Assembly: GCA_028534125.1 (NCBI GenBank)
Contig: CM052818.1
Location: 32,676,001-32,740,000 of the forward strand
Length of the DNA stretch: 64,000 bases
Origin: Lama glama
Lineage: Eukaryota
Reading direction: 5' to 3'
The notes under the pieces are model-generated. The model saw only the letters and a list, made by a program, of their open reading frames with translations. It searched no databases and had not been told where the DNA came from. Of this stretch, positions 13,495 through 26,599 are shown one piece after another. Each line of letters begins with the position of its first letter. Positions within the stretch are counted from its first letter, which is position 1. A program made the translations under genes and the position numbers.

Positions 13495-14769
13495 CTGTGA
13501 GAAAATAAAAGAAATGTAAATAAGCATACTCAGGAACTAAGAACACTATAGGGAAAATTGTCATTAAAAATTACCTTAAAAACCAGGCAATAAAGTACCA
13601 ACTAAATTTTAGCAAATAAAGTTCTGAGGGACTAAATGAAGAATGTTACATTATGTCTTATGGCTACCAGGTAAGTACATTCTTCAAAAAGAAGGCAATA
13701 AACCTTTTAAAATTAAGTGTCATTTTTTAAGAATAAAATTCTAAGCCAATCAAAAGATCGTATAATGAATGCATAAGTCAAAACACTGTAAGGGTGAAAC
13801 CCAGTCTCCAGCCCAGGATATAGAAAGGGAGCCAGAGCAAAATATTCCAAATTCTGGCAGGTCTTTCAACTCCACCCACATGCTTCATCTATAGGAAAAG
13901 GTTGGGAAAGGAGAGTCTTTTCAGGTTTCAAAATCCAGATTCCCCTTTCTCTTTAATACTTTTAAATATTTATCTTTCAAAGGGGTTTACTACTAGAGGA
14001 ACTTCCATAATAGTTGATTCATGTTATGTTCCAGTGGCTATTGTTGCTCTAAAGGTCACATTCAGGATACAAACAGCAGAGGTACTGAAGGGCCAAACAG
14101 AAAGTTCACTTGTAACCTACTTGTAATGGTCCTAACATATCCTTTCAGAATTCTTTATGGATTTTATTTGCTTGTAAAAATATCTTCATACCAAGCCCTT
14201 CTAAAACCATCAAGTACTATTTAAAAACTATCACTGACATAGTTACATAATTTATTATGCAAAAGAAATAAAATTTTTTATACATGATCACTGGGGGACT
14301 GAGGGATAGACTGTCCTAATTTAGGAGTCCCAATTAGCCTAATATATTCATTTTCAAATAATCAGAATACAAGATTCAAAGCAAAATATGTTGATGAGAA
14401 CTTTAACAATAATTCAGAAGGTGTCTGATGATACTAAACATACCTCAATTCATCTCTTTATTATAAATCAGTTATCACAAAGTTCCAATGATGTGCAATG
14501 GGTAACATGCTGTCTGAAAAAACCTACAAATACTTTTTGATACAACAAATGCTTTTGTTAAGGTCCTCAGTTTTCACAGGATGCTCACCAAGCCACCAGG
14601 CTTCACTGTCTTAAATGACCAAGTAGAGTAGGAGCACTCTAGGTCAAAGAATACTATTTTGAACTTGCTGCTGCACATTATTTATACTGAAAGCTTGGTT
14701 AAGAAACATAATGTAAGACTGCAGGTCTGAAAAAAACATGGTTTGTGAAATCTTCTAGTGCTCTAAATG

Positions 14770-14898
14770 TAAAGTGATCATATAATTTGTTGTCCAAAGT
14801 GGACAATTCTGAGAATGAAAGGAGCCACTATTACTAGTTACACCAAGAGATGCAAACCAGAAATGTCACAGGCAAATAAGGGTATGTATGGCCTAGCT
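14770..14898. mobile_element. hAT MITE, MER81-like
   Basis: gtgatcatataatttgttgtccaaagtggaca...gagaatgaaaggagccactatta resembles recalled MER81 consensus. Confidence 0.55.
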
Positions 14899-15144
14899 CT
14901 TTAGAAGTTATCCCAAATTGCAGGGCAGAAAAATTTTAATAAGTGCTCAGATAATTCTTACGCCCACTAAAGACAGAGGCTCTAACAATTTTCAAATGAA
15001 AAATAAGCAAATAAGAATAAATTATCCTAAACCAAGCAAAAGGATAATAGAGGAGTTAGCATTATTAATTTCTGCCGAGAATGTATTTGAGAAACAACCT
15101 AATGAACTATAGCTACAAGCAGCAAGATGATACTGAAGGTGAGA

Positions 15145-16760
15145 TTTTTCTTTTACAACTTTACTGCATTATAACTGAAGCATAATAAAGAGTGCACATT
15201 TAAAGTGCACCTTTGATCAGTTTGATACAAACATTTACCCACAAGACAAACACTACCATAAACATTGTCACCCTCAAGCCTCCTGGGACCTTTTACATTC
15301 TATCCTTTCCTTCCACATACCCCACCTTAGGCAACCACTGAACTATATCTTCTAGCATTTTTATATAAGTGAAATCGTACTGTATATTCTTTTTTTGTCT
15401 AGCTTCCTTCTCACAGCACAAGTTTGAGATTCATCCATGTTGATGTAGCGATATACATTCCTTACATTGCTAGATAACAACGTGTTTATTCCTTCACATG
15501 TTGAGGGTTCTTTCCAGTTTGGGGCCATCACAAATAAGGTTGCTATGACCATTTATGTACAAGTCTTTGTATGAACACTTGTTTTTGATTCTCTTGGTAA
15601 ACATCTAAGAGTAGAATGGCAGGGTCTTATGATAGGTGTTTCCTCAACTTTTAAGAAACTGTCAAACTGTTTTCCAAAGTAGATGTACGAATTTAATTCC
15701 CATTGGCAAAATATGAGAGTTCCAGTTGCTCCACATCCTCCCCAACAGATGGCACTGTCTTTTAAATTTTAATCAATCTATAATGGGTATGTAGTGTTAT
15801 CTCATTGTGGTCTTAACTTGCATTTGTGATGATTCATGATGTATCATACATTTACATGACTTACTGACCACTGGAATTCTTTTGTGAAATATCTGTTCAC
15901 ACCTTTAATTTGTTTTTCATCTGAGTTCTTTATATATTCTGGATATAAATCCTTTGTCTGATGTATGAGTTGTGAATATTTTTTCCTGCCTTTTCATTCT
16001 CTTAACAGAGTCACTTCAAAAGAAAGGTTTCTCATTTTTATTAAATCCAAATGACCAATTTTTCCTTAAGTGTTTCAGGCTTTTTGTGATGAATCTAGAA
16101 GTCTTTCTCCACTCAAGCAAGTGTGCATAGATTTTCTATTTTCTTCTTCTAGAAGTTTTGTAGGCTTGGTTTTACATTTACGCCTGTGATCTATTTTGTG
16201 TTGACTTTGTGTAAGGTTTGAGGAAAGAGTTGAGATCCATTTCTTTCCAAACGGATATTCAATTGGTTAAACTGCACTTGCTGAAAATGGAAAGATTTTA
16301 CTCAATTAACTCAACATAGTAGTAACTTAACTGAAAACAACCTGTGTGTGATCTATTTCTGGACTCTCTATTTTGGTTCCTTAATCTACATTTATGTTTT
16401 CACCAATATCAAACTATCTTGTTGATATAACTACAGCTTTATCTTGAAATCAGGTAGGATAAGTTCTCCAATTTTCCTCTCTGTTTTATAATTACTTTGG
16501 TTACTCATGTCCTTTAAATTTCTAAAAGGTAGCTGATGGAATTTAATTAGGAATGTATTGAATATATAGATTAACCTGGGGGGAATTCCTCATCTTAACA
16601 ATATTGAATCTTCCAATCCATGAACATGGTTTATTTCTCCATTTCTTAGGTCTTGATTAATTTCTCTCAATTTTTGTAATTTTCAATGTACAGGCGGAGG
16701 CATCTTTTGTTGATTTATCCTAGGTATTTTTTGGTACTGCTGTAAATAAACCTTTTAATA
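15145..16760 (-). mobile_element. L1 (3'UTR + ORF2 part), antisense
   Basis: gagattcatccatgttg, tgagagttccagttgctccacatcctc, atattgaatcttccaatccatgaacatgg. Confidence 0.88.
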
Positions 16761-18471
16761 AATATTTAATTTAAATCAATTTTTTAAAATATTTAAAAAT
16801 ATCTATCGCCTATGGGTGCCATGAATTACATAAATGACTAAGCATCTCTTTTTTGCATAAGCTATAGACTATTTTTTTAGGTCAAATTTCCACCTACCTA
16901 AAGCCATAAATTTTAAAGCCAAGTTTTCTGTGGTAGAAAACTCACTTCTCGTCCCATGTTGTACTCTTACATTGCTCACTTCTTTCATTTCTTTTTGTAA
17001 TGCCCTCCTACTATATTTCACATATCCTCATAAGGTACCTTTGGGAAATGGGGAACACTCTTTCTAAGGGAAAAAATATTTGTTTTGTTTTACTTGCCTC
17101 TTTCTTTTTAGAATGTGTAAATGCATAATCTCTCCGGTAATACAGTATGGGCATATTCCCACACTTTAACTTTCTTTTTTAAAGGTTATTTACTTCTACT
17201 TAAACAATAAAATGTATCACCTCAAAATCCTTAATAATGAAAAAGTCTTACATGTACAATCCTTTAGAATTTAAGAAGTGTTTTCACAAACATCATTTCA
17301 TTTACCTTCCCAACAACTCTATAACACCTAATGAAAGTACACATTGTCGTAGCGGAAGTGCCAAAAGATTCTAATCTGAATTTCTTCAAGCTTCTAGATT
17401 CAACTACCAATGTACAAGAAATACGATGGACAAGGAACATGTTAAATGATACCATTTGTTAGGTAAAGAGACCCAATGAAATGAATTTTTGCAAGAGGCA
17501 AAATCTGGAATGTGAAATCTCTTTAGGACAAGTAGCCTAGCTTCTCCAAAAACTAAACTGCAAAAGACAAAAAAGGCATATCTACCAAGTACAGTGTGGA
17601 CTTTGTTGAGACCTTGTTTTTTAAAAAGCAAAAATGAAAAAAAAAAAGTTTATGAGACAATCAGTGAAAGGTAAATACTAACTGAACAGTTGATGATTTT
17701 AAGGAATTACTATTCACCTTTTTAGGTGTGATAACAGATTATGGTTGTATTTTTTAAAGGAATTGTTATTGTCAAAGTTGAACAGGGATATATTTATGGA
17801 TGAAATAAACAGTATGTCTCAAATTTGCTTCACTATAACCTGGGGAGGGATGAGGGCAAACAGATAAAACAGTAGCAGACTGGCTAGTGTCGTTAATTTT
17901 TGAAACTGGGTGATGGGTTCATGGTGGCCCAAGATATTTTGAAATGTTTCTTAAAAAAAAAAAAAGATAACTGATTCACTTGCACTAGTACTGAGGAAGG
18001 TTTCAAAGCACAGTTAAGCAGGCAATGACAGCAGGCAAGTTATTAACACTGCCAATTGTCTTGTATAACTTATTTCTCACCAAATCGTTACCTAGGTTTC
18101 TGTGCCATGTTAAACTAAAATCAACCTCCCAAAATATGTACACCCAACAAACTATTTTAAAATTTTAGTTTTTTTAATATACCTGGTTTACCTCCTCCTA
18201 TTTTGCAAAATCACCTTACACATAAATATGTAAGATATTCCCACTGAGATCAAAATATAAATCAGAGAGAGACTATTCATAGGTCGCATATTAAAGACAC
18301 ATCTATGCTAAGTGGCACCATAATATCACCAAGAGTCACTAGAATAAATCCACTTAACAAATGTAAACTGCTTTAATCTTATCAGGTATTGCTTAAGTTC
18401 AATTTTTTTATACTTAAATTTTCTCTAAAGATCACTTTCAGATTCTTTAAGAAGACCAAATTAATGTCATA

Positions 18472-18882
18472 CAAGCAGTCACCAACTTACACAGAAATCA
18501 TACGTGCTTTCCTTTACACAAAGTTTCTAGTGCTTTTACCTCTAAATAGTTCACAACATAACCCCCAACCCTCTTGAATTTTCCCCCAAACCTCCTATCC
18601 ATTGCCAAGGTTCCACCTTACCGCCCCCTCTCACGGCCAGGGGGGGAAATAAGTTTCTGGAATCCAGAGTAAAAACTCAGGAACGCATTTTCCTACAGAA
18701 AAAAATATAAATTGTGATCTAGAATGCTGAGTATTATAATTCAGCTACACAATGTTTATAAAAGGCTTTTGTGAACTAAAGCCTAAGAACCTAGTAACAA
18801 TTCACAACAATATTTCTATGAGAAAATGCATTCCAGGTTCAAATAATTCAATACAATCCCTTTGTAGGTTGGTGACTGTCTG
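18472..18882. mobile_element. TcMar-Tigger non-autonomous DNA transposon
   Basis: TIRs caagcagtcaccaacttac / gtaggttggtgactgtctg (16/19) flanked by TA on both sides. Confidence 0.75.
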
Positions 18883-19043
18883 TATAGTGCCACCAAGTGA
18901 TATATGTTTGACTAAACTCACAAAATATTAAATTCAAGACAGCTACATAATTATGACTATTCACTCTGTGAATGTGCTGTGTCAACCTCTTTCTAAGAAA
19001 AATTAACCATCTTTATTCATTTAAAAATTGCTGTAATACTTAC

Positions 19044-19175
19044 ATTTAGTATTTCAAAATCATTACTTTCTAAGCCCTGTGTGAGGAGAACTGGAAAGCT
19101 ATTCGTCTGTGGAAGTTCGTCCTTTTCTTTTTTTGTATCTATATCCAGTGCTCCCAGGCGTTCTTCAATGCTAAC
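19044..19175 (-). CDS. WDR43: WDR43 exon 11 ([13 protein letters not shown]...[12 protein letters not shown])
   Basis: tgtag|GTT ... AAT|gtaagt; 132 nt; start of Utp12-type helical domain. Confidence 0.96.
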
Positions 19176-20212
19176 CTACACAACAGAAATGATCTGTTAA
19201 TGTTACACCAGACAAGGCCTAAAAGCAGTTCAGTCAAACACTCTGTGCTTCTGCCTCAGGAGACAAAAAGCACTACTTGATTTACCCTCGTCTCTGAAAT
19301 ACACAAACATGCTTTCTCATTCCAGTATAATCTCATCACCTTAAAGCCACTTGTTAGAGACAAGTACAGTGTCTGCAATCCAAGTTTCCAGATTCTAGTG
19401 AAAAAACCAACTGAAAACCACGATTTGAAAATGCAATTCATAAAAACCCCTCTATATGAAGATTCAAAAAAGGCCAAGGATCTGGCACCTGATTACTAAA
19501 GCACAAGAAATGACCTACTGTCACAAAAGCTTCCCCTTCTGTAATTATCGTTGCCATCAACTTCTTTTGAGAACAAATATTATCAAAAGAGCATAAAGAC
19601 AGTTATGTTCCCCCCCAAACTTATAAGATGTCTTCCTAGTTTTTTCTTTATTTGCTATATAAAAACTCAATTGCATATAACTGATCCCTTATGAAAGCAA
19701 ATCTTAACAGCCACGTTCTGCCAGCCCCTTGATAAATCAAAATATAAATGTTCTACTACTTCCACAGCAAACAGATATGCTTTGGTAAAGTCTCCTATTT
19801 GGGTTAACTTATGTTTCATAAAACACATTAAAAAGGTACGAGGAAATTAAAAGGCTGGATCTAGGCCAATCTAAGGAAAGTTGGTGCTTTACTTTTAAAT
19901 ACAGGTATCATGTTACTATCAAATAATTTTTATGAACAGCAATGTTATCCCCAAGCCAATAACATAAGATATTTAAAATCAAGTAAAAAAACATAACATT
20001 CTTTCTCTACTGATAAAACAATTAAAATTCTACAGTTATTTAGACAAGAATGACATGTGAATGGAAGATGAAAAAAAGGACTTTTCATAGACAAGTATAG
20101 TAACCACAAGGGAGTTTTAAGAGCTGAGGGAAAAAAAAAGAAAATTTATAAGCACTTTAAGAAGTTATAAAGTCACTTTTAAAAGACTGACTAGCACTAA
20201 ACTAGCCAGGAC

Positions 20213-20286
20213 TGCTCAGACAGCCAAGAGAAGAGGCATCATCGGAACTCAGCAACATGCGAAACCCAATGAGAATCATCACAGCA
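20213..20286 (-). ncRNA. SNORD53B: Box C/D snoRNA SNORD53B (WDR43 intron 10)
   Basis: Box C GTGATGA 20282-20276, GGTTTCGC element, D' CTGA, C' ATGATG, guide TTCTCTTGGCTGT, box D CTGA 20219-20216; long flanking stem. Confidence 0.9.
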
Positions 20287-20545
20287 AGTCCTGGCTTAAT
20301 CTACAACTATGCTATCCAGCCAATGATTAAGAAATGGCACCCTCTGTTAGCTAATGGGAGTTGTCTTCTCCATTAATGGTGGACGACCAAGTCTTACTAA
20401 GTTTTACAATCTGGAATTTCAGATTCCAGCAACAATCTCAGTAAGTTTCTGAAGTTTCAACTTTGGCTCTATCCAATACATTTGTTAGAATTTCCCAAGT
20501 AATCTTAAATTTCAAACTCAAAAATGGTCAGGATGATTGTATTAC

Positions 20546-20677
20546 CTCATTTTCCCCTAATTTCCTCTTGCTCTCTACTTGCCCAGTCTGTGGAGGAGCA
20601 GGCTTGATAGCTGCATGATGTCCAGGTATCCCAGGCACCAGAACTTTTGCTTCAGAATTTATCAATGGTGTTCTCAC
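20546..20677 (-). CDS. WDR43: WDR43 exon 10 ([23 protein letters not shown]...LGENE)
   Basis: aacag|GTG ... GAG|gtaata; 132 nt. Confidence 0.96.
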
Positions 20678-20994
20678 CTGTTAAACAGGAATAGCAGGGG
20701 TGTGACAAAGAAAATTATGTCTTAGTCCTTGCAAGATTCATCCCCAATGAGAAAACTAAGCTTTTAAAAGGTTTTTCTACTGATAAACTTAATTTAACAA
20801 ATTTAATATGATATGAATTAAAGATAAGTTTTAACTGAATGTTTGACATTTAACTGTCATCTAAATGTTCATGGTTTTAAAATTAAAACCAAGAAAAACA
20901 AAATCTACAGATGACGCAATGACACAATGACTTAATGTTAAAGAGTGAAGCTGTACATTTTACAACTACCTCCAGTAATTAATCTTTGCCAGAA

Positions 20995-21072
20995 ATGCTC
21001 AGACAGCCAAGAGAAAGGTGTCATCTCTGAAACTCAGCCAGAAGCGAAACCATATGGATGTCATCATAGCAT
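20995..21072 (-). ncRNA. SNORD53: Box C/D snoRNA SNORD53 (U53) (WDR43 intron 9)
   Basis: ATGCT-ATGATGA(21067-21061)-CATCCATATGGTTTCGCTTCTGG-CTGA-GTTTCAGAGATGACACCTTTCTCTTGGCTGT-CTGA(21002-20999)-GCAT; near-identical to recalled human SNORD53. Confidence 0.95.
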
Positions 21073-21548
21073 GTCTTGGCTTTTATTTTCTCATTAGACC
21101 GCCAAACATATGATGTTTATATGTAGATGCCACATTATATTCACCTTATATTCAAAATAAAGCATCACAATAATGGTCTTATATATCGTATCTAACACCA
21201 GCCCCATCATGGATTTAAGTTTTATTCCACTCTGAAATACACCATTCTCTCAACAAAGTTATGCTCCCTTAAGTACAGAAAATGATAAAATAATTTCAGC
21301 TAAATTTGATAGTGATCATGCATGGGTGGAGGAGGAATTAAATAAATCCAAGGTATTCACTCATTCACTCAACAAATCGAGAGCACAGAAATCAATACAG
21401 TTTTACAGTCTTGATATCTAAAACTTAATCTGACAAAATTTGTTAAAACGAGATCATAAAGAAGATATTAAAAGTCTAAACATAATATTACACAAGTCAA
21501 TTCACTCAAATCTCTTTTTTCTTAATTTCCAATATGCAATGCACTCAC

Positions 21549-21635
21549 CTTTGTTATAGCTGTTTCTAGTTTGGGGGCCCAGCAGTTTGAAATATCTCTT
21601 ACTAAACACATATGAGGTTCTTTGGAATTTAAAGC
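21549..21635 (-). CDS. WDR43: WDR43 exon 9 ([29 protein letters not shown])
   Basis: cccag|GCT ... AAG|gtgagt; 87 nt. Confidence 0.96.
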
Positions 21636-22589
21636 CTGGGAATAGAATTTTAAAGGGGGACAGAGGATGGAAGGGGAAAAAAGACAAAGAGTGTCAAATA
21701 AAGCAACTGGGAGTGAGAATAAATGAAAAACAAATGTTGACTTGTGCCTTTTTAAAAAAATACAAAGAAGTATACAAAGCTTTCACAGAAAACTGTGGAT
21801 CACTCAGACTGATGACCATTTAGATGGACAGCATCTGAGGAAAAGGGTAAATCTGAATACACTAGGTATTATGTTTACTTTCTTCAGCTTTGAACTGCAT
21901 GAAATTTTCACACATGCATTAAAATGCAAGATTTTAAAGAAAACATTATCAGTTTGTCACCATCCTACAGAATCATCCATGCTAAAAAAGACTGGTCCTA
22001 CCTTAAAATCTCCTACTGCTATCCTTTCCACAAGCTAGTCAAAGACAGCACTGCTGACTAACAAAACGCTGTGAGATGGATCTCTATGCCCCGATACAGT
22101 ATTAAACAGGGGGAAAGTGAGATGCAGCCAAGTACATATGTACGAATAAAGCTTTAAAGTTACAGGTAATTCTCTATACCCTCATAACCAATATCTGGAA
22201 GGACACAAAGCAAACAGGAAACTATGGCTGCATCTGGAGAGTGGGGTTAAGAGAGCCATACACGGTAAGGAGACTTAAGTTTACAGCTGAAGACTTGTCT
22301 CTTTTTTATTAAACCATATCCATGTATTAAATTTTTTTTAAAGTTGTAAATATTTTTAAATAGACTCAACAAGAGCTTGCTTGGGCATGTAATATTCCTC
22401 TCATAGTCTCACCTATTCACATGCTCATAATCACTCACCAAAAGTCTCCAAAGAAACCTCTGTAATCAAAAAACCTAAATCACTACCCCACCCCATTACA
22501 TTTCCACTTAGAAAATTCAACAGGTGCTATTACCAAGGGCTCTTAAATTATTAAGGTTTCCCTTTTGAGTTATTGGGCAAAATTCACCC

Positions 22590-22782
22590 ATACCTGTGGC
22601 TACTGAGCACTTGAAATGTGGCTAGTCCAAAGCGAGATGTGCTTATAAGTAAAAAATATACACCATGTTTCAAAGACTTTAATACCAAATAAAGGAGGAG
22701 GGGGGTAAAATATCTCAAATAATGTTTTATATTGACTAAGCATTAAAGCGGTATTTTGGATATACTGGGTTAAGTAAAATTA
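22590..22782. mobile_element. hAT-Charlie MITE fragment (MER3/MER33-like)
   Basis: tgtggctactgagcacttgaaatgtggctagtcc...ttttggatatactgggttaagtaaaat. Confidence 0.65.
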
Positions 22783-22784
22783 TA

Positions 22785-23004
22785 CAGTTGACCCTTGAAC
22801 AACACAGGGGTTCGGGCACCAACCCTCCGTGCAGTGGAAAAATCCGCATATAACTTACAATCAGCACCTCACACCCGCAGTTCCTATGTATCCACAGTTC
22901 CACATCCGTGGATTCAAAACCTCAAATGGTGTATTTACTAAGAAAAAAATCCAGGTGTAAATGGACCCACACAGCTCAAACCTGTGTTGTTCAACGACCA
23001 ACTG
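22785..23004. mobile_element. Tigger2-family MITE inserted at TA
   Basis: TIRs cagttgacccttgaacaacacagg / cctgtgttgttcaacgaccaactg, TA duplication at 22783-84 and 23005-06. Confidence 0.85.
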
Positions 23005-23181
23005 TACACAGAGTTCTCACTAGTTAAAACAAACCACCCAATGAAAGGTTCTTCAGTTAGGGGGAAATACATGATATCTTTTTACGTATTCCAATAAGCA
23101 GATCAATGTCATTTTAAAATCATTTTCTTTCAGAGACATGTTGATGCTGTACTGCTTTACTCCAGAGTAGCATCTACGTAC

Positions 23182-23353
23182 CACTCGCTCAATGGTGGGC
23201 TGAAACCAACTGCCATACACAAGCAACAGTGACATTTTGTCTGAGCAAAACCCAGCTGCTAGAACAGGGATGGGTTTTGGTGTTGACTTCTTGCCTTTCC
23301 CTGGTGTTGCTATCTGAATTGTGCAGTTTGAAGTCAAAGGCTTTTTACAGTAT
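23182..23353 (-). CDS. WDR43: WDR43 exon 8 ([18 protein letters not shown]...PTIERV)
   Basis: ttctag|A ... GTG|gtacgt; 172 nt; overlaps ORF-track entry 23053..23337. Confidence 0.96.
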
Positions 23354-24837
23354 CTAGAAAAGGAAAAAAATTAGATTAGAAAATGTGAAATAACATTTCA
23401 TACTAATTCTCTGAACCTGGCACCAAGTCATGAAGTGTGACCTTCCTCTGGCCTCCACACCACCAAGAGTGACCAGGGTCCCCAGAGCACTAGATCCCTG
23501 TCAAAACTTCATCTACCCTCACCTTGCCAATCTCAAGACCTCACCACTAAAAGCTGCCTTGAGGCCCATCGCCCTTCTATCCCACTTTGTCAACCCCCAC
23601 AAGAGGCCCCAAGCTCCCAAGTGCTCTCTCACCACCTGGAGCTTCAGCCCCAAATGGCTGTCCATGCCCTGCTCTCATCAGCCCCACCTCTGATGGCTTC
23701 CAACCCCCAAAGCCTCCCCATGACCTCTGCAACAGTTCCAGGAGCAACACTATCAGCAGAATATATACAAAATAAAACTCTCAGCTTCCTCTCTTAGGGC
23801 TCTCCCCACCTCCTTGCTCCAGGTTGCTCATCTCGGTAGCTCTCCTGACACCCTCAGTGTCAGGGCCCCTGGACATGATTTAAGTGCTCTCCTTGCTCTT
23901 CACTGACACTTCAAGACAAGCAGACTCTCCCTCCACCATCTCTAAAATCTTTGGAATTGTTGTCCCCAGATACCAGCTATGTTCCCCTCCTGTCATCATT
24001 CAAAGACCTCTGGGTCACTTCCTCACATTTCTTAAAGATGTTAGAGGCTCACTGTCATTCTGTCCAACACTTCTGCTGAGGAATTCCTTTCCTAGTGACT
24101 TGCATATCCAGCACACATGCTGGCTGATGATCCTTCTGACAGCCTGTCCTCTCAGTTCCTTAATCTTGTACCTCCAACAACCTTGTCCTTCACTGTATCT
24201 CCGCCACACTCCTCACACCATGGACATCTTATCACCAGTAAGTACACACCCTCCATAAACCCTACTGTAAGCACCCCACTATCTTTCCAGCTCACTCCTA
24301 GTTTCCTGACGCCACAACCATCTCTATCCAGGATTTCTGGCCTCTGCTTTGGTCTTTACCCTTCTACAGTCTATTCTCTTCACATCAGACAGAATGACTT
24401 AGAATATAATGTCTTAAAACCTCGGTCAAACCCCATCAATCCTCAGTTTAAAATCCTTCATCAGCTTACTATTACCCAAGGAGAAATGCCCAAGTCTTCA
24501 CCATGGCTTATGACTTCCCAGCCCTTAATTATACATTCCATGTACACATATGACTATGTAAATAAATGTCTTGAGTGCTACATACCAAAATGTTAACAGT
24601 TACCTCTAGGGAGTGGAACTCAATGGAGGGAGATTTGGGTTTTATAATCAATTATCTAGGCATTCTGAATGTTTTAAAATAAGTGTATACTGCTTTCATA
24701 AGTAGTTTATATTTAAATAAATTTCTATAATAAAATTGTAAAAGGAAGGGTACCAAATGACAATAAAAAGTTTGATAGTTTTAAAGTTTAACATAATCAT
24801 GTACATGACTAAGTTTCAGACTGTTTATAACATATGG

Positions 24838-24949
24838 CAAGAATTGGCAAACTTTATGGAAAGGGCCAGATGGTAATATTTTCATTTTTTAGAGGCCATC
24901 TATGATCTCTATTGGATTTGGCCTGCAGGCCATAATCTGCAGATCCCTG
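24838..24949. mobile_element. MER58A-like hAT MITE
   Basis: ttggcaaacttt...aagggccagatggtaatattt...ggatttggcctgcaggccata...gatccctg. Confidence 0.65.
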
Positions 24950-25392
24950 GTCTATGACTATTACACGTTGCATCAACAACATACCCCTCTGTCCATCAAA
25001 ACACCAACAGTGCCACACTTCACTGATCCACAAATGTCCCACAAGGGAAAGCACTGTCAAAGTTAGAAGTCAAGGTTTCACCAGAGTTCACAAGCAAAGC
25101 TTCCCTACTGAACCAAATTCTGTTAAAATTTATGTTAGAACTACCAAATGTTACTAAGCATGCATCATAAAAAGCCACTCTCCTAACCATAAATATGAAG
25201 AAATGATCCATGACTCCAAAAACCCGAGTTCTCACTGGGAATATACATAGTCATGAATAAAGAATTAAGAAGGCTTTCAGAACAATCTAACTGAAAAGTA
25301 ACATAAAGCAAAGAATATTGAGGTGGGAGTATAAAGAAGTAATAAGTCAGGGAAGGAAAATAAATCTCTGAATTGAGAAACTTCTTACTTAC

Positions 25393-25457
25393 CCATTTAA
25401 TACATGTTCAAAAAGATGAACTTGACCATCTCTGCAAACAACAGCTAATTTGACAGG
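25393..25457 (-). CDS. WDR43: WDR43 exon 7 (PVKLAVVCRDGQVHLFEHVLN)
   Basis: ttttag|CCT ... GG|gtaagt; 65 nt. Confidence 0.96.
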
Positions 25458-25991
25458 CTAAAAGGAAAATGTAACATTATTCTAATGGGTAATATACTTC
25501 AGTCTACTCTAATAATTACTTATGAAAATTCAACTCCCCTACCTACCCTTTAGATAACAAGAGAAAAATTAAAACGGCAAGGATGTGTAACTCTTGAATT
25601 TAAAAATAATCACAGCTATCAAAATAACAATTCAAGCTATTGTTGTCAAGTTTATAAACAAAAGTTAGGCCAAGACGACAGCACAGTCAAGAATGCAGCC
25701 TGGAAGTCAGAGAAGCAAAGTCACTACCGAGCGCACTGGCAGATGACAAGGACAGGGGGGCCCTGACCGTCAGAGCCGTCAGGGTTGCTGGAAATGCCAC
25801 TGAGCACTGTCCCCTCCCCTCATAAGCATGCACCAGTCTCTCATGGTTAGTCTGAATAAGCTAAGACTTTTGTAATATTTTGTTTTCTCTCTCTCTCCCG
25901 TGAATCATCAAATCATTAAAACCCTGATAAAACAGTATTTGTGAAGTCCAAAAACAAATTCTCAAAAAAAAAAAAAAATCAAGCCACTTAC

Positions 25992-26094
25992 CTCTTCTTT
26001 GTTTTCTGACAAAGTCAAGTCAATATAAATAGGTTCATCTGTCACTGTAAAAGACATCACTGCGTTCTTTTCTTTGTTTTCTGACCGGACCTGC
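25992..26094 (-). CDS. WDR43: WDR43 exon 6 (QVRSENKEK...SENKEE)
   Basis: atctag|G ... GAG|gtaagt; 103 nt. Confidence 0.96.
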
Positions 26095-26599
26095 CTAGAT
26101 AACAAAATCAATGATTAGATATTAAGATATTAAAAAGGGGGTGGGAGAGACACCAAAAAGGAGTCACAGCAATAGGTTCTCTTATAGCTTTTTCATCTTT
26201 TGAAAGCTAAATAAGGTGACTAAAAATCAAAATAAGGGAAGCATTTGTGTCACTAACCATGTAACATGGTTGCATGGTGAGAGAGTATTCATGCATTTGG
26301 GGCAGATTTAAACAATGAGCAACATCCTTTCCCATTAATCTATCTGGCTATCTTGATGGAAATGCCACACTGTCTTGATCACTAGTTTTGCAAGTCTCCA
26401 GGTGAGTCTTTCAACTTTCCCTTCTTTTTCAAAGTTGTTTTGGCTATTCTATGTGCTTTGCATTTCCATGTGAAATTGTAAAATCAGATTGCTGAGATTT
26501 TCACTGGGTTCGCACTGAATCTATAGATTAATTTGAGGAGAATTAACATCATAGCAATATTGAGAAATAGAGTCCAGAAACAGATAAGTATAGACAGAC

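Noticed and set aside
23884..24596. 124- and 159-aa ORFs
   Set aside because: CT-rich L2-like relic sequence with no domain motifs
25761..25784. CCCTGAC/GTCAGGG 7-bp inverted repeat in intron 6
   Set aside because: Short enough to be expected by chance; no H/ACA or C/D context
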